From Thermodesulfobacteriota bacterium (GTDB lineage: Bacteria; Desulfobacterota; BSN033; UBA1163), in contig JBAVGF010000308.1 in assembly GCA_049684675.1 (NCBI GenBank), positions 1 through 58,687 on the forward strand: a DNA stretch of 58,687 nt, written 5' to 3'. Shown here in pieces: positions 55,828-58,687 of this stretch. Each line of letters opens with the position of its first letter. The stretch's first letter is position 1. The position numbers were made by a program, and so were the translations under genes. The notes beneath the pieces are model-generated. The model was not told the origin of the DNA and did not search any database. It saw only the letters and a list, made by a program, of their open reading frames with translations.

Positions 55828-58092
55828 ATGAACGAAGCCCATATTCCTAAGATTGCCCAAGAGCTGAGTCTCACCCAGAAACAGGTCCAGGCCACGGCAG
55901 ACCTTTTGAATGAAGGGGCTACGGTCCCCTTTATCGCCCGATACCGAAAGGAAGCCACAGGCTCCCTGGATGAGGTTGCCATCGCAGCGGTTCGCGACCG
56001 GCTCAATCAGCTCATGGAACTGGACAAGCGCCGTGAGGCCATCCTCAAATCTTTAGAGGAACGGGGACAGCTCACCGATGAGTTAAAGGAGAAGATCCTT
56101 TCGGCGGAGACCATGGTCGTTCTGGAAGATATCTATTTGCCTTACCGGCCGAAACGACGGACCCGGGCAACCATCGCCAAAGAAAAGGGACTGGAACCTT
56201 TGGCCCAGCTTCTTTTTGCACAGGGTGATATCGACCCGTTGGCCGAGGCAGCTGCTTTCGTCGATCCTGAAAAAGGGGTTGATTCCGCGGAGGACGCCCT
56301 CGCAGGAGCCTGTGATATCATCGCAGAATGGGTGAATGAAGATCAGACGGCCCGGGCTAGGATGCGTGATTTCTATTCATCAAAGGCTGTTTTTAAGTCA
56401 AAGGTTATTCCGGAGAAGGAGTCTGAAGGAATCAAGTACAGGGATTACTTTGACTGGGAAGAGCCGGTGAACACAGCGCCATCCCACAGGATTCTTGCTA
56501 TGAGACGAGGGGAGAAGGAGGGTTTTCTCACGCTGAGGGTTATACCCCCCGAAGAGGAAGCCCTGGAAATCCTCGATGGTCTTTTTGTGAAAGGGGAAGG
56601 GCCTGTATCCCAGCAGGTCAGGATGGCCGTGCACGATAGCTACAAGAGACTTCTCTCTTCTTCCATGGAGACTGAGATTCGGTTGGCAACAAAGGAGCGG
56701 GCAGATGAGGAAGCGATCAGGGTCTTTGTCGAGAACCTCCGTCAACTTCTTCTTGCTCCGCCCCTCGGCCAGAAGAATGTCCTTGCCATCGATCCCGGTT
56801 TCCGGACCGGTTGCAAAGTGGTCTGTCTCGACCGCCAGGGGAAGCTCTTACATACCGAAACCATTTATCCCCTGCAGTCCGAAAAGGCTGCAGCCGAGGC
56901 AGGCTCTAAGATCCGTGAGATGTGCGAGCGCTTCGGCATAGAGGCCATTGCCGTGGGGAACGGCACAGCAGGAAGGGAGACGGAAACTTTCATCCGCAGC
57001 CTCGATCTCCCGAAGAACATTCAGCTGGTGATGGTCAACGAGAGTGGCGCATCGGTTTATTCAGCGTCGGAGGTGGCAAGGGAGGAGTTTCCTGATCAGG
57101 ATGTGACCGTGCGCGGAGCGGTATCTATCGGCCGGAGGCTGATGGACCCTCTGGCAGAGTTGGTCAAGATCGACCCGAAGTCGATCGGCGTTGGCCAGTA
57201 CCAGCACGATGTGGACCAGGGAGCGTTGAAGAACAGTCTTGATGATGTGGTGGTCAGCTCTGTGAACCGTGTGGGCGTGGAAGTCAATACGGCCAGTAAG
57301 CAACTTCTTACCTATATCTCGGGGTTAGGGCCCCAGCTTGCAAAGGGGATCGTGGAGTACCGGAATGGATACGGTCCGTTTCAATCGAGAGAAGGATTGA
57401 AGCAGGTACCCCGTCTGGGACCCAAAGCCTTTGAGCAGGCCGCGGGTTTTTTGCGGATCAGGGATGGAGAAAACCCGCTGGATCGAAGTGCGGTCCACCC
57501 GGAAAGCTATCCCATTGTTGATGCCATGGCAAGGGATCTGGGCTGCTCGGTGCTGGATTTGATGCGTGAGGAGAAGCTCCGGGAGAGAATCAATTTGAAA
57601 CAATATATCTCGGAGAAGGTGGGCCTTCCTACCTTAAATGATATCCTGTCGGAACTCTCCAAACCCGGCCGCGATCCGCGTGAGCAGTTTGAAGCCTTCC
57701 GATTCGCAGAAGGGGTTGAAAAGATAGAGGACGTAAAACCCGGGATGAAGCTTCCTGGAATTGTGACGAATCTTACGGCGTTTGGTGTCTTCGTCGACAT
57801 CGGCGTCCATCAGGACGGGCTGGTCCATATCAGCGAACTTTCCAACCGTTTTGTGAAAAACCCAGCGGAGGTCGTGAAGGTTCATCAAAGGGTATTGGTA
57901 ACGGTGCTGGATGTGGACCTCGAAAGAAGGCGGATTTCCCTTTCCATGAAGGACAGTCAGCTCAAACCCAGTGAAGTCCCAAAGGCGGCGGAGAGAAAGA
58001 GGGAAGAGAGGAGAGGGGAAAAAAGGCAGAAACAGAAAAGCACCTTTACAAATAACCCCTTTGATGAAGCTTTCAAAAACAGGAATCAATAG
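55828..58092 (+). CDS. tex: Tex-like transcription accessory protein (YqgF/HhH/S1 domains)
   Basis: Starts MNEAHIPKIAQELSL at 55828, with GAGGGAGG upstream. Contains the PFIARYRKE motif and a C-terminal S1 domain PGIVTNLTAFGVFVDIGVHQDGLVHISEL. The track's TTG start at 55666 adds 54 unlikely residues. Confidence 0.9.
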   Translation: MNEAHIPKIAQELSLTQKQVQATADLLNEGATVPFIARYRKEATGSLDEVAIAAVRDRLNQLMELDKRREAILKSLEERGQLTDELKEKILSAETMVVLEDIYLPYRPKRRTRATIAKEKGLEPLAQLLFAQGDIDPLAEAAAFVDPEKGVDSAEDALAGACDIIAEWVNEDQTARARMRDFYSSKAVFKSKVIPEKESEGIKYRDYFDWEEPVNTAPSHRILAMRRGEKEGFLTLRVIPPEEEALEILDGLFVKGEGPVSQQVRMAVHDSYKRLLSSSMETEIRLATKERADEEAIRVFVENLRQLLLAPPLGQKNVLAIDPGFRTGCKVVCLDRQGKLLHTETIYPLQSEKAAAEAGSKIREMCERFGIEAIAVGNGTAGRETETFIRSLDLPKNIQLVMVNESGASVYSASEVAREEFPDQDVTVRGAVSIGRRLMDPLAELVKIDPKSIGVGQYQHDVDQGALKNSLDDVVVSSVNRVGVEVNTASKQLLTYISGLGPQLAKGIVEYRNGYGPFQSREGLKQVPRLGPKAFEQAAGFLRIRDGENPLDRSAVHPESYPIVDAMARDLGCSVLDLMREEKLRERINLKQYISEKVGLPTLNDILSELSKPGRDPREQFEAFRFAEGVEKIEDVKPGMKLPGIVTNLTAFGVFVDIGVHQDGLVHISELSNRFVKNPAEVVKVHQRVLVTVLDVDLERRRISLSMKDSQLKPSEVPKAAERKREERRGEKRQKQKSTFTNNPFDEAFKNRNQ

Positions 58093-58147
58093 ATGACTTG
58101 ATTAAACTGGAAAGACGATCCAAGAGGAGTTTAGCCTCCTCAATACT

Positions 58148-58687
58148 TCACTCCTTAAAGAACCTCCATAAAGCCTTTGCCTCCAAGCCAAACCATTTCT
58201 CTAAGAGTTTCTCATACTCGCCTGTTTCCTTCATCTTTGCTAATGTTGAATTGATAAAGTCGAGCCATTCTTTATCCCCTTTCCTGACTGCCAGGCCGTA
58301 TCGGGCAGGACGGAACGGTTGCAAACTCGCGATTTTTAAACCCGGATTTTTCTGAAGAAGATTGAAAAGAAGAACATAATCTTGCACAAACGCTTCTACA
58401 CGGCGCTCTTTCAATGCCTGGAGTGCTTCGAAATTACGTTCGAATTTAACCCGCTCAGCAGTTGGAACCAGTTCCCCGATAGCAATATCGCCTGTAGAGC
58501 CTCGGATGGTAGCGACCCTCTTTCCTGCTAAGTCCTGGTATTTTGTAATCTCACTGTCCCCCCTGACCAGGATCAACTGGGCCGTTATGAAATAAGGGAT
58601 ACTGAAATCAACCTGTTCCTTTCTTTCCTCTGTGATGGTGAAGGTGGCCACGATAATGTCAATCTTCTTTGAAGTTAGGAATGCAAT
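58148..58687 (-). CDS. Polar amino-acid ABC transporter substrate-binding protein (family 3); N-terminus lies beyond the right edge
   Basis: The frame remains open to base 58687 (..IAFLTSKKIDIIVATFTITEERKEQVDFSIPY...). DFSxPY and the C-terminal KWFG blocks are typical of SBP_bac_3. Confidence 0.8.
   Translation of the reverse strand: MAFLTSKKIDIIVATFTITEERKEQVDFSIPYFITAQLILVRGDSEITKYQDLAGKRVATIRGSTGDIAIGELVPTAERVKFERNFEALQALKERRVEAFVQDYVLLFNLLQKNPGLKIASLQPFRPARYGLAVRKGDKEWLDFINSTLAKMKETGEYEKLLEKWFGLEAKALWRFFKE

Overview
This 58.7-kb window looks like it comes from an anaerobic bacterium, with about 48 protein genes and no rRNA, tRNA, CRISPR array, transposase or integrase that I can support. 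From left to right:

- **1-4.7 kb:** purL and purN on the minus strand. purL is missing from the ORF track because its frame is still open at base 1.
- **5.3-8.8 kb:** a small ferritin-like protein, a D-aminoacylase and a permease.
- **9.1-12.4 kb:** a FecR / OmpA / CHASE2-HD-GYP signalling operon.
- **12.6-13.4 kb:** two tiny His/Asp/Arg/Tyr-rich lipoproteins.
- **13.7-15.7 kb:** an ADP-forming acyl-CoA synthetase alpha-like protein, a cold-shock protein and a DUF1059 protein.
- **15.8-27.7 kb:** a markedly GC-richer block of nine co-directional minus-strand genes. Four encode secreted lipoprotein, TolB-like or TPR proteins, followed by a five-gene Opp/Dpp-type ABC importer.
- **28.0-30.9 kb:** an acyl-CoA dehydrogenase and a 3-hydroxyacyl-CoA dehydrogenase.
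- **31.2-39.5 kb and 40.8-50.3 kb:** two paralogous formate dehydrogenase / heterodisulfide-reductase-like / MvhD clusters, separated by nfo.
- **50.6-58.7 kb:** an FrhB-like protein, an HExxH-TPR lipoprotein, a small membrane protein, ettA, tex and a partial amino-acid binding protein.

The main discovery is in the two Fdh/Hdr clusters. The ORF track splits six of their genes at eight in-frame TGA codons. Each TGA sits on a conserved redox Cys or Sec position and is followed by a stem-loop, so these are best read as selenocysteine codons.

- **Cluster 1** looks soluble. Its HdrA carries a roughly 465-aa GltD/NfnB-like insertion.
- **Cluster 2** is anchored by an unusual fusion of a cytochrome-b-like membrane domain (with a CXXCH loop) to two HdrC-like modules. 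It also has a tandem HdrA.

Both clusters share an mvhD / Fe-S protein / inverted-repeat element / fdhA module. Several hairpin repeat families and candidate operators are also reported.

All calls come from reading the sequence and from motif memory. No database search was run, and family assignments carry that caveat.
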